Origin: a virus
Taxonomy: Duplodnaviria; Caudoviricetes
DNA: 35,133 nucleotides
Virus record (IMG/VR): IMGVR_UViG_3300032226_000124
Coordinates: 1 to 35,133 of that record
Direction: 5' to 3' (one strand)
Positions within the stretch are counted from its first letter, which is position 1, and the number at the start of each line of letters is the position of its first letter. Below, piece by piece: positions 24,380 to 33,010 of this stretch. Made by a program: the position numbers and the translations under genes. The notes under the pieces were generated by a model that worked only from the letters and a program-made list of their open reading frames with translations, had not been told where the DNA came from and searched no databases.

Positions 24380-26241
24380 ACTGTTTTTCCTTGTGCGACA
24401 TAGACATCGATTTTCTGAATAGAAAGAGGATCACCATTTAATTCAGCTTCTAGTCCTAGTTGTAGGACAGCCCCGTTACCGCCTGCATTGATCTGGAACT
24501 GGTCTAGGACGACACCATTGGAGAATTCAGCAATGTTGTATTCTCCAACATTATACTCGTAAACTACGCCAGTGTCAAGTAATTTCGTCTCACTATTGTA
24601 ATTTTCTTTGTAATCGAAGCCCCATTTGATGGCTACAGCGTCACCAGAGCCTCCAATAACCACAAATCCTATCTTTTTAAGGACTTTTAAGGCTGTTGGG
24701 CTACCAAAGTCAAAGTAATTGGTGTAGTACTGGAGCCGGTAGGTAGAGGCGTTGTCTAGGTGTCCGTAGTACTTACCGATATATCCAGGCTTGCCTAACA
24801 GCAGTTCCTTGGATTGGTTAACAAACAAGGCCTTTGGATCAAGGCTATCCCAGATAGTGACACGGGCAGCGCCGTCCTGTAGAGCACCCCGCATATCAAA
24901 GCAATAGGTAACCTTGGTTGCTGGCAGGGTAAGCAGGTAAAAGGCATCTCGGTCATAATAGACAGACTTGATGGTGCTGGCTGTCTCTGAAGCCACTGCC
25001 GAAATAAGGTCATCACGGACATTCTTAGACAGGTCCCGCATAGGCAAGGACTTCTCTTGGATGACCCGCTGAAGGCTACGCACACCAGAGTCAGACAGGA
25101 AGACAATATCTGTGCCTGTGTTCTGGACAGAGTCTCTAGCAATACAGCCTACATTGGGGATAAAGTCTGCCAAGGCCAAGGAAGTGACATCTATGGGGTT
25201 GCTGTAGATAGCAATGTTGTTCCTACCAAAGATGATTAGGAAGCCGTTGTGGGCCGCTAGAGCGATAATCTGGTCATTGTTGGGGAACACAGAATTGATC
25301 GATAAAGAGCCTGAGTCACCGCCTTGGAAGTCAGAACCGTCCAAGAGCCTGCTAAAGTACACAGTCTGCCTGTCACCAACAAGGTCTGCCATCCAGATAC
25401 GACCATAGGCAGCTAAGGCACAGTTAGGTTTAAAGTCTGATGTAGAGTAGCCTGTCGGCAATGTTCCAATGTCGCCTAACTGCTGAAAGCCAAAAGAGCC
25501 AGAATGTGAGTGAGGATTAGCAATAGTGGTCACTGTGCTGGTCAGGGCATCACTGGCTGTATATCCAGTACCAGCGGTAGTAATAGTCACTGTTGCTACA
25601 CCTGTGCCACTTAAGGTGGCTACTGTAAACTTGGCATTACTGCCAGTGCCGCCAGCGATGGTCAAAACATCGCCAATATTGTAGCCAGAGCCAGCAGCAG
25701 TAACTGTTACTGTCGCTATTGGACCAGTACCGCCACCACCGCTAATCGTAGCCACAGAGAAGGTAGCACCAGTGCCCGGAGTAGGTAGGTTGTGGAAAAC
25801 CAGTACAGGGTGTCCTGTCTGCACCATATAGGCATGGGAAACAGCATCAGAACCGTCACCATAGGGCAAAGCTGCGGCTTGCCAGTTGTTGCCTGTTATC
25901 GTGTAAGACACATCGGCAGTGTTAGCCTGTGTCCTAACAGTCTTGGTAGTCATCGTTGTGGTGCCAGTAAACAACTTGTTATTACCGGCACTGATGGTCT
26001 GATTACCACCGACATCGATCATCTCAAAGATAAATTCTACAGCGTTAGCGGCACCTAAGTCTGTGTTTACTGCTGTGTTTACAGGTGTCCAGCCACGCCT
26101 AGCCCCAATACGACCATACCTATCGATGACACAATTCTGTGCCTTCAGAGCATAGCCTGAAGACAACTGAATACTGCTTTCTTGCGTGTTTAGGCCTAGA
26201 AAGCCCGGAGCAGCAATAGTAGCGGTCTGTATTCTTTTCAT
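24376..26241 (-). CDS. Tail nozzle / stabilisation protein (tail tubular B / P22 gp10-like)
   Basis: 621 aa, beta-rich; GCIARDSVQ..G.D..FLS..GVRSL; follows the adaptor gene. Confidence 0.75.
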   Translation of the reverse strand: MKRIQTATIAAPGFLGLNTQESSIQLSSGYALKAQNCVIDRYGRIGARRGWTPVNTAVNTDLGAANAVEFIFEMIDVGGNQTISAGNNKLFTGTTTMTTKTVRTQANTADVSYTITGNNWQAAALPYGDGSDAVSHAYMVQTGHPVLVFHNLPTPGTGATFSVATISGGGGTGPIATVTVTAAGSGYNIGDVLTIAGGTGSNAKFTVATLSGTGVATVTITTAGTGYTASDALTSTVTTIANPHSHSGSFGFQQLGDIGTLPTGYSTSDFKPNCALAAYGRIWMADLVGDRQTVYFSRLLDGSDFQGGDSGSLSINSVFPNNDQIIALAAHNGFLIIFGRNNIAIYSNPIDVTSLALADFIPNVGCIARDSVQNTGTDIVFLSDSGVRSLQRVIQEKSLPMRDLSKNVRDDLISAVASETASTIKSVYYDRDAFYLLTLPATKVTYCFDMRGALQDGAARVTIWDSLDPKALFVNQSKELLLGKPGYIGKYYGHLDNASTYRLQYYTNYFDFGSPTALKVLKKIGFVVIGGSGDAVAIKWGFDYKENYNSETKLLDTGVVYEYNVGEYNIAEFSNGVVLDQFQINAGGNGAVLQLGLEAELNGDPLSIQKIDVYVAQGKTV

Positions 26242-26900
26242 TAAATGGAACCCCAGATGAGTTCTTCAGGATAACGGTTAGCCTCAGCAGCTATGTGGTC
26301 TGATAGAGACTGGCGATACAACTCATAAGCCTCAGCACTGTTTAGACCGCTGTCCTCACCACGCTCATTCAAAGCCTTGGCATAGGCTAGGAAGATTACA
26401 GGCTCTGATGGAACCTTGATCTGTGTTGCAGCAGAGGTAAATTCTGCCTGTGGCTTGATGACGTTAAAGTAGATATTATAGACACCGTCAGGGATAGGAT
26501 AGAGGTCTACCTGTGTATCTCCGTTGGAGTCTACACCGTTAAAGTTATAACGATCAGGAGCACCTACCAAGACTGTGCCACTATTTAAGAACAACTCATC
26601 CATCTTCCTGGTTGTCTCATAGTTTAAGAACCAGTCAGACTCTGAGTTAATAACATCGATGACCTTAAACCGCTGACCAATACCAGTTAACACATAGTTA
26701 AACAGGTTAGCAGAGGTAGTCACCGTCAGTGTCTCAGACAGAGCATTCCAAGTATAAGCATCTTCAACCTGCCGTTTAGCATCGTTGATGAACCTACCAA
26801 TAAGTTTAGAATAGGCATTGTCAGTAACCGCAGTAACCTCTGGCTCACGCAAGCGAACCAAGGTTTCATTGACAAGTTCTAAGTAAGTTTTGTTTGCCAT
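26241..26900 (-). CDS. Head-tail adaptor (tail tubular A-like)
   Basis: TYLELVN..L.RLRE, YPIPDG motifs; position. Confidence 0.75.
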   Translation of the reverse strand: MANKTYLELVNETLVRLREPEVTAVTDNAYSKLIGRFINDAKRQVEDAYTWNALSETLTVTTSANLFNYVLTGIGQRFKVIDVINSESDWFLNYETTRKMDELFLNSGTVLVGAPDRYNFNGVDSNGDTQVDLYPIPDGVYNIYFNVIKPQAEFTSAATQIKVPSEPVIFLAYAKALNERGEDSGLNSAEAYELYRQSLSDHIAAEANRYPEELIWGSI

Positions 26901-27146
26901 TTAGCAATCCCATTTCTTTAGTGCTAAAGCCTTCCTTGTTGGCCTGCCCTTAGAATCCTTCATAGGCCCTGGAACACCACTCATACGGGCACAGAAAGAC
27001 TTCCTACGAGCAGCCTTCTTAGGAGACTTTGCAGCCTCTTTAGCAGACACAGGAGGCTTCAGGTTAGCGCCTTCCTTGTTCTTAAAGTATGCCCTGCCTT
27101 TGGCGTTTAAGCCACCTTCTGGGTTCTGATATACTTTCTTTACCAT
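26901..27146 (-). CDS. Small basic protein (81 aa)
   Basis: GGLNAKGR...RRKSFCARMSG...ALKKWDC. Confidence 0.8.
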   Translation of the reverse strand: MVKKVYQNPEGGLNAKGRAYFKNKEGANLKPPVSAKEAAKSPKKAARRKSFCARMSGVPGPMKDSKGRPTRKALALKKWDC

Positions 27147-27289
27147 TATTTCTTCGCAGTCTTCTTAGCTTGTTTAAAGGCCTTAGCAGTGGGAGCACCT
27201 TTTGAGCCGACCTTACGCATCTTCTCACCAGATCCCGCAGCTATCCGTTTACGCTTTGCATTGATGTTGGCATAGAGGCCGGGCTTCAT
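27146..27289 (-). CDS. Lys-rich protein (47 aa; not in track)
   Basis: [47 protein letters not shown]; stop/start overlaps on both sides. Confidence 0.75.
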   Translation of the reverse strand: MKPGLYANINAKRKRIAAGSGEKMRKVGSKGAPTAKAFKQAKKTAKK

Positions 27290-27426
27290 TTCTTTGCCTT
27301 TGACTTTGCTTTACGAGCAGTAGACAGAGCAATTGCAATTGCCTGCTTCTGCGGTTTACCAGCCTTCATCTCTTTACGAATATTCTCAGAGACGGTCTTT
27401 TGTGAATAACCTTTTTTGAGTGGCAT
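27286..27426 (-). CDS. Lys-rich protein (46 aa; not in track)
   Basis: [46 protein letters not shown]. Confidence 0.75.
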   Translation of the reverse strand: MPLKKGYSQKTVSENIRKEMKAGKPQKQAIAIALSTARKAKSKAKK

Positions 27427-27596
27427 TATTTCATCCTCTTTGCTTTTTTCTCTTTTGCTTCCATAGCCTTAGACTCTGAGCCTTCGTGCATCTTCATGCC
27501 CTTAGCAGATTTGTAGCCTTCTTTCTTGGCATAGGACTCGGCTGCTTTTTTACCTTTAGCAGTGTATGGGAACTTCTTCTTTCCGACCATTGGCAT
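27426..27596 (-). CDS. Lys-rich protein (56 aa)
   Basis: AAGGAG RBS; [19 protein letters not shown]... Confidence 0.75.
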   Translation of the reverse strand: MPMVGKKKFPYTAKGKKAAESYAKKEGYKSAKGMKMHEGSESKAMEAKEKKAKRMK

Positions 27597-27606
27597 ACTA
27601 TTCTCC

Positions 27607-27963
27607 TTAAACATTAAATTGTACTGCGCTCTTTGGTGTGATATCTAAAGTAACAATATAGGTAAAACTAGAACCAGTTTCAACTAACAATCTAATCTCA
27701 TCTCCTTCTTCAAGAACAACAGTTTCATTTGCATTACCACCAAACTGTAATGTTTTTTTAGCATCTACATTAACTGTATCCAAAATAGTTACTTCAGTAT
27801 TGTTGTGTTTATTATACCACCAAGCACTTACTGACTTATTACTTCCAAGATGATTAGATAGAAATAATAACTGCCAATACGCAGAGTTCTTTGTAGGAAC
27901 AGTGTATACCGTTGTTTTTGTATTTGGTGTTAAAGCACCACCAACACTAATCTTTCTGCTCAT
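27607..27963 (-). CDS. Small beta-rich virion protein (118 aa)
   Basis: VYTVP...VLEEGDEI; resembles the product of 30037-30396. Confidence 0.7.
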   Translation of the reverse strand: MSRKISVGGALTPNTKTTVYTVPTKNSAYWQLLFLSNHLGSNKSVSAWWYNKHNNTEVTILDTVNVDAKKTLQFGGNANETVVLEEGDEIRLLVETGSSFTYIVTLDITPKSAVQFNV

Positions 27964-27964
27964 A

Positions 27965-28132
27965 TTAACCTACTTTAAGAACTAAGCTGAGTAGTAGAAC
28001 TACGATGAAACCAGTAGTACCAAGAAGGATTTGTTCTAGTCTTTTAAGCCTAGCGTTGATGCCTGCATAGCGTTCGGCGCAGACTGCTTCATGGGTGTCA
28101 AGTTGGCCTTTAACTTGGTCTATTGGTGACAT
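27965..28132 (-). CDS. Coiled-coil plus TM protein (55 aa, XhlA/holin-like; not in track)
   Basis: MSPIDQVKGQLDTHEAVCAERYAGINARLKRLEQILLGTTGFIVVLLLSLVLKVG; GGAG RBS. Confidence 0.7.
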   Translation of the reverse strand: MSPIDQVKGQLDTHEAVCAERYAGINARLKRLEQILLGTTGFIVVLLLSLVLKVG

Positions 28133-28134
28133 CA

Positions 28135-28707
28135 CTATCTCCACTTAGGTCCTTCCATCCAGGCTACTAGCGAGTGTCTAGTGCCCTTGGTTACGGGGTT
28201 TACCTTATGAACTACAAAGGATGGAAACACTAAAACAGTTCCTTGTGTCTTAAGGTGTTCTTGTTTAGGGGCGCTGAGATGTAACGGCTGCATCTCAAAC
28301 TCCCCACCTTCATACTCTTCTGGGCTAGACAGTTGGCACACCAGAGATAACTTCCTGTGTACTTGTCTGCCATCATCCCAGTTTACATCATTGTGCCAAT
28401 TATAATAACCTTGGTCTTCTGCGTTGTACTCTGTAAACTGAATCTCATTTAAGTGCCACAACTCAGATCCAAAGGCATTATGATTGGCAATATGAAACAA
28501 ATTAGTTAGTTCGTGGTATAGCCAACCAAGGTCTTTATTGTCTCTATTGATCCATCTAACCTTACTTCTACGAATCTTGGTGTCTACATTAGAGCCTTGA
28601 AAACCTATTACTGCGTCCTGCGGTTCTATCTCTTTTGCTTGTTCTATTATAGTGCTACAAAGTTCTTTAGGATACCTCTGCTGCCACATCTGCCACATTG
28701 CGTTCAT
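28135..28707 (-). CDS. 2OG-Fe(II) dioxygenase (prolyl-hydroxylase/PKHD-like)
   Basis: HxD (WHND), RKLS, YEGG, FPS..H.V.PV..G.R.SLV.W. Confidence 0.9.
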   Translation of the reverse strand: MNAMWQMWQQRYPKELCSTIIEQAKEIEPQDAVIGFQGSNVDTKIRRSKVRWINRDNKDLGWLYHELTNLFHIANHNAFGSELWHLNEIQFTEYNAEDQGYYNWHNDVNWDDGRQVHRKLSLVCQLSSPEEYEGGEFEMQPLHLSAPKQEHLKTQGTVLVFPSFVVHKVNPVTKGTRHSLVAWMEGPKWR

Positions 28708-29066
28708 TCAGTAATTTCCACCCACGAAAGTGTGTTTTCATCCCATGAGTAACGCTTGCCGTCATCTGGGTAGGCAACAGGTGCGTCCCACAGGCAAGTA
28801 CCTTCGTTTAGCACCCATGAAGCATATGGCTTTGGAGGAATGAAAGCATCCCGACCCGCATCGTAGGTGTACCCGATACCAGCGTAGTTTTTACGAAAAG
28901 GAGTACCGCCTAACAAGTGAACACCACCACGAGTATTATAAGAAGTTTGCCGATAGGTATCACCAGTTCTGGCGCAGAGTTCTAATTCTTTACCGTCATC
29001 TTCTTGCCTACCAACTGTGACAAACACAACAGTTCCTAAGTTATCTAATTTAGCAAAATGACTCAT
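28704..29066 (-). CDS. Tail-fibre-associated protein (120 aa)
   Basis: QTSYN...FRKNYAGIGYTYD..RDAFIPPKPY.SW; follows the Gly-rich gene. Confidence 0.75.
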   Translation of the reverse strand: MSHFAKLDNLGTVVFVTVGRQEDDGKELELCARTGDTYRQTSYNTRGGVHLLGGTPFRKNYAGIGYTYDAGRDAFIPPKPYASWVLNEGTCLWDAPVAYPDDGKRYSWDENTLSWVEITE

Positions 29067-30037
29067 GAGAATGTTACCGTTTCAGAAGTCGTTGATGTTG
29101 CAGTTACTGTGTAAATTTTGAATCCACCAGATGTTGTAGAGGACTGAGTTACACCGCCTGAGAATGTTGCAGTACGAGTGTCAGGAATCTTGATAATAAC
29201 TACTCCTGAACCACCTGTACCGCCAGTTGATTGATTGTTACCACCACCACCAGAGCCTGTATTTGCCGTTCCAGCGGTTGAGCCACCACCAGGCCATTTC
29301 CCACCCGCACCGCCGCCACCTGAACCACCTGAACCAGCCGTTTGATTGAAAGTTGACCCACCACCGCCACCGGCACGGGTTACTGCACTTCCAGTAATAG
29401 AAGATGAAACACCATCTCCCCCTGCGCCACCTACTGTTGACTGCCCAGCCTGTCCGGCGGCTCCTGCACCGCCTCCACCGCCTGATTGAATGTTGTTGTC
29501 TGAACCAGCCCTATCCCTACCAGCGCCGCCAGCGTATCCTTGATTTGCAGTTCCAGAACCCCCAGCACCTGGGCTACCGTTTCTAGTTCCACCGCCACCC
29601 CCTGATCCACCAGTTGAGCCAGCTTCTGCGGTTCCGCTACTTCCATCGCCACCAGCACCACCGCCAGTAGAAGTTACGGTAGATAAAACACTATTACTTC
29701 CATCTGTTGCAAAAGCGCCTCCACCACCAACAGTTACGGTATAAGCAGTTGATATTGCAAGAGTTAATACGCTTTCAGCAGACGCACCGCCACCGCTAGT
29801 TCCAGCAGAGGTTCTGTATCCACCAGCGCCACCGCCACCGCCTCCATAACCACTACCATAGTTACCGCCACCGCCTCCACCTGCTATTACTAGATAATCA
29901 ACTGAAACTGTTTGTAAAGGCCATAGAGATCCTTTAATCGCCTCTAAAACCTCATTAAGAGAAAAGCGTCCTTTAGCGGATATGTTTGAAGTGGTATTTC
30001 TAACACCAACAACGCCGCCATTATGCCTACGGCTCAT
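29063..30037 (-). CDS. Glycine-rich fibre/adhesin protein
   Basis: DYLVIAGGGGG...GGSGVVII with many poly-Gly tracts. Confidence 0.8.
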   Translation of the reverse strand: MSRRHNGGVVGVRNTTSNISAKGRFSLNEVLEAIKGSLWPLQTVSVDYLVIAGGGGGGNYGSGYGGGGGGAGGYRTSAGTSGGGASAESVLTLAISTAYTVTVGGGGAFATDGSNSVLSTVTSTGGGAGGDGSSGTAEAGSTGGSGGGGGTRNGSPGAGGSGTANQGYAGGAGRDRAGSDNNIQSGGGGGAGAAGQAGQSTVGGAGGDGVSSSITGSAVTRAGGGGGSTFNQTAGSGGSGGGGAGGKWPGGGSTAGTANTGSGGGGNNQSTGGTGGSGVVIIKIPDTRTATFSGGVTQSSTTSGGFKIYTVTATSTTSETVTFS

Positions 30038-30396
30038 TAAGAAAGTTCCTCGTAAGAAACAATGATTTCAAGGTCGCCTGAAGAAGAGGCTAATGCTGTA
30101 ATCTTATCACCTTCTTCAAGATAAATAGGCTTACTAAGAATATCTAAAGTAGCATCTGCCGGTACTGTAACCGTGTGTGCTAACTCATATGAAGTAGTGT
30201 TATCAGCGTTGTAAAATGCTACAGTAGCGTCAGCATTATTAACTCCATCTACGTTAGATACATAGATTGCGTTAATCTTAAAAACTTTATTACTGGCTGC
30301 TGAGTTAGTTACAATGTCAGCCGATGAAGTAGTCAGGGCTGCTCCTGCTGTCTTGCCAGTAATAGTTGCTACGTTTACGATATTAGGTGCTGCCAT
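30037..30396 (-). CDS. Small beta-rich virion protein (119 aa)
   Basis: GGAGG RBS; MAAPNIVNV...YLEEGDKI...SYEE. Confidence 0.78.
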   Translation of the reverse strand: MAAPNIVNVATITGKTAGAALTTSSADIVTNSAASNKVFKINAIYVSNVDGVNNADATVAFYNADNTTSYELAHTVTVPADATLDILSKPIYLEEGDKITALASSSGDLEIIVSYEELS

Positions 30397-30397
30397 A

Positions 30398-31300
30398 TTA
30401 ACCTCCGAATACAATAGCCATAGCTATCGCTTTACCTGTTTGAAATGTTCCTGCTGGACCAGTCGGCCCTGTAGGTCCTGTCGGTCCAGTAGGCCCTGTT
30501 GGACCAGTTGGGCCGGTAGCACCAGCGGGACCAGTAGGTCCTGTCGGTCCAGTTGGTATAGTAAAGTCAAAGACTGCCGCAGAAGACGAGCCGCTATTAG
30601 TTACAGAAGCACTGCCACCAGCAGGGCCGGTAGTCGTAGTTCCAACAGCAATTGTTGCTGCTGTTCCTGTTGGCCCTGTCGGTCCGGGAGCACCAGTGGG
30701 TCCTGTTGTACCTGTAGGTCCTGTCGGCCCAGTAGGGCCTGTTGGGCCCGTCGGTATAGTAAAGTCAAAGACTGCGGCTGAAGAGGAACCACTGTTGGTT
30801 ACAGAGGCGCTACCGCCAGCAGGGCCTGTAGTGGTGGTGCCAACAGCAATCGTAGCTGCTGCTCCAGACGGACCTGTTGGGCCAGTAGGACCTGTGGGTC
30901 CAGTCGGGCCTGTAGGGCCGGGAGAGCCTGTAGAGCCGGTAGGGCCAGCCGGGCCAGTCGGTCCAGTTGGGCCAGTTGGTCCAGTAGAGCCTGTAGGACC
31001 TACCGGGCCAGGAGAACCAGTAGGACCAGTCGGGCCTGTTGGACCAGTAGTGCCATTAGGAATACCAAAGGACAGCGATACTGTCGTAGAGTTATATGCT
31101 ACAGTCGGCGTTGAGCCAGCAGGCAACGAAGAAGCCGCTACATCTAAATCAGTTGTAAAGTTAATTGTACTCTGAGCAGATGCCGCCGCCGCAGCAGCAC
31201 TCGCAGCAGACTGGTTAGCATAAGTAAGTGCTAACTGTGCTGTGTTTGCTTGATCGGCTGTTGCATCACCGGGACCACCGGGACCACGATATATCGCCAT
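30398..31300 (-). CDS. Collagen-like tail fibre protein
   Basis: Three (Gly-Pro-Thr)n-dominated tracts separated by a duplicated beta module; ends [11 protein letters not shown]. Confidence 0.88.
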   Translation of the reverse strand: MAIYRGPGGPGDATADQANTAQLALTYANQSAASAAAAAASAQSTINFTTDLDVAASSLPAGSTPTVAYNSTTVSLSFGIPNGTTGPTGPTGPTGSPGPVGPTGSTGPTGPTGPTGPAGPTGSTGSPGPTGPTGPTGPTGPTGPSGAAATIAVGTTTTGPAGGSASVTNSGSSSAAVFDFTIPTGPTGPTGPTGPTGTTGPTGAPGPTGPTGTAATIAVGTTTTGPAGGSASVTNSGSSSAAVFDFTIPTGPTGPTGPAGATGPTGPTGPTGPTGPTGPTGPAGTFQTGKAIAMAIVFGG

Positions 31301-31301
31301 G

Positions 31302-31604
31302 TTAGTACCAGATTGGAATATAACCGCTTGCGTCTGTTGACCAAGCCTTGGTTAGTGTAGCATCTTCATAGACATTAATGTAGTCGATGCCTGCGACTTT
31401 ACCTGTCGTACTAGCAAGAACATCTACAAACATAGCACCGGCATTGTCATAAGTGTTGTATTGTGCAGGTGCAGAACCTAATTTCTTTGTGGGAATGTAG
31501 TCAACCCAAGCAGTTAAGCCAGTAGTGCTTGCAAGCGAGTTTACGACCATTTTTGTTGTACCGTTTGCGGTTGCATAGGTAGTAGGGTAGCAGCGAGGTA
31601 TCAT
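31302..31604 (-). CDS. Hypothetical virion protein with internal repeat (100 aa)
   Basis: GAGGA RBS; LASTTG..A..DYI occurs twice. Confidence 0.7.
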   Translation of the reverse strand: MIPRCYPTTYATANGTTKMVVNSLASTTGLTAWVDYIPTKKLGSAPAQYNTYDNAGAMFVDVLASTTGKVAGIDYINVYEDATLTKAWSTDASGYIPIWY

Positions 31605-31650
31605 TTTAGTCCTCTATGTTGTTTTCTTTAACACCCTCAACGAAGATGCT

Positions 31651-31672
31651 AAAGAAAAGCCTCCTAAGAGGC
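31651..31672 (-). terminator. Intrinsic terminator after the capsid/decoration genes
   Basis: GCCTC-TTAG-GAGGC followed by TTTTCTTT. Confidence 0.7.
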
Positions 31673-31685
31673 AAAACCGTAAGGT

Positions 31686-32000
31686 TTAGAATGCTGGGCG
31701 TACTACAATAAAATCTACAATAGCGGCAGCAAGATTTACAGCACCAGCAGTGTTATTTAGAACAGTCAGAGTAACCGTATTAGCAGCAGTTACTGCACCA
31801 GCGATAACGGTGTCTACAGTGTCAACAGCGATAGAGACACCCATAACGATGTCGCCAAGAGCAACGCCAGGCACTGTTACATCAACAGATGCAAATGTAC
31901 CAGAGCCGGTAGCAGCGTTGCCAAAGTCAACAGATTCAGAAACTGCCCACATCTCAGAGAACAAGCCCTGAAACTGGGAACGACCTTGAGAAACAGCCAT
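31686..32000 (-). CDS. Probable capsid decoration protein
   Basis: Directly after MCP; VTVPGVALGD, AANTVT, N.T...V.L pattern; AAGGAG RBS. Confidence 0.7.
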   Translation of the reverse strand: MAVSQGRSQFQGLFSEMWAVSESVDFGNAATGSGTFASVDVTVPGVALGDIVMGVSIAVDTVDTVIAGAVTAANTVTLTVLNNTAGAVNLAAAIVDFIVVRPAF

Positions 32001-32023
32001 AATAATCTCCTTAAGTGGTTAGA

Positions 32024-32051
32024 AGAGGGCCAGCCTTGTGAGCCAGCCCCC
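32024..32051 (-). terminator. GC-rich hairpin after MCP (weak terminator or stabiliser)
   Basis: GGGGGCTGGCT-CACAA-GGCTGGCCCTC pairs on the minus strand using G:U pairs; only a short TTCT tail. Confidence 0.45.
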
Positions 32052-32066
32052 GATTGTTATTCCTGA

Positions 32067-32981
32067 TTAGGCAGGAACAGCAAGAGCCACAGCAGAGGTA
32101 TCACGCAACTCACCAACACCGTAGAGCGTGTCAGCAGTCAACAGCGTACCAAGGTACTCTTGTTTGTACTGGGTCTGAACACGAACGCCAAGCTGGTCAA
32201 CCAGAACAAATGCCTCTGGGTGTGCCAACAGAGCAACACGGGTAGTCGTTGTCGTTGCTGTATCAGCGTTGGTCGTTACAAAGACCTTAACGCCGTATAC
32301 GTCACCAATCTGACCGTTACGGATGGTAGCGCCATCACCAATGAAAGCCTGCTCAGTAAAGCGAGCAAGACCCATCATGGTGTTGCGGGTCGAAGGAGGA
32401 ACGATCAAGAAACGTCCGTCCATCGGAACATCGCTGTCGTCCAAACGCTGGATTGCACGGCGAAGACCAGCATCCGTCAAAGCCGTACCTACGTTGGTGC
32501 CGTCAACATAAAACGTTGAGCCATCACCAGCAAGGTATGCTTTGTTGTAAGCTGCTGTGCCAGAACCACCCTGAGCACCACGACCAAGTTCGATCAGCGA
32601 TGTGTCGATACGGGTAGCAAGAGCGTAGCCAGCGTCATCCGTGTAGAAACGGCGCAGCGAGGACAGAGCCTGAACTTCAGCAAAGTCTTCGATCAAACGG
32701 CTGTACTCATAGTGCTGGTTAATCGTGACAGTCTTCTCAGTGCCACTCTCAGCAATCAGAGTAACCTGCGAAGAAGCAGTCTTAACAGCAGCAGAGCCAC
32801 GAGCAGGTGACGGGAAGTGCATAACATCTCCCTTCTTACCCTTCATGGACATCTTCTTGAACAGATTAGCTGCAACTAGATTCTTCTTGTAAGCAGCGAT
32901 GATTTCGTCAGACCATACCTCAGGAATAAAACCTGCGGTATTGACGGTGGATTGTACTACGTTATTGGTACCTAAAGGCAT
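32067..32981 (-). CDS. Major capsid protein
   Basis: FIPEVWS, KGD..H.P, GYALA..ID, LD..DVP.DGR, D.LYGV; follows the scaffold gene. Confidence 0.92.
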   Translation of the reverse strand: MPLGTNNVVQSTVNTAGFIPEVWSDEIIAAYKKNLVAANLFKKMSMKGKKGDVMHFPSPARGSAAVKTASSQVTLIAESGTEKTVTINQHYEYSRLIEDFAEVQALSSLRRFYTDDAGYALATRIDTSLIELGRGAQGGSGTAAYNKAYLAGDGSTFYVDGTNVGTALTDAGLRRAIQRLDDSDVPMDGRFLIVPPSTRNTMMGLARFTEQAFIGDGATIRNGQIGDVYGVKVFVTTNADTATTTTTRVALLAHPEAFVLVDQLGVRVQTQYKQEYLGTLLTADTLYGVGELRDTSAVALAVPA

Positions 32982-33010
32982 GATAAATTTCCTTTGTTAA
33001 AAGTGTTAAG

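Noticed and set aside
30696-31175. Plus-strand (Gly-Pro-Val)n collagen-like ORF
   Set aside because: Antisense shadow of the GGN-CCN-ACN codons of the real minus-strand gene.
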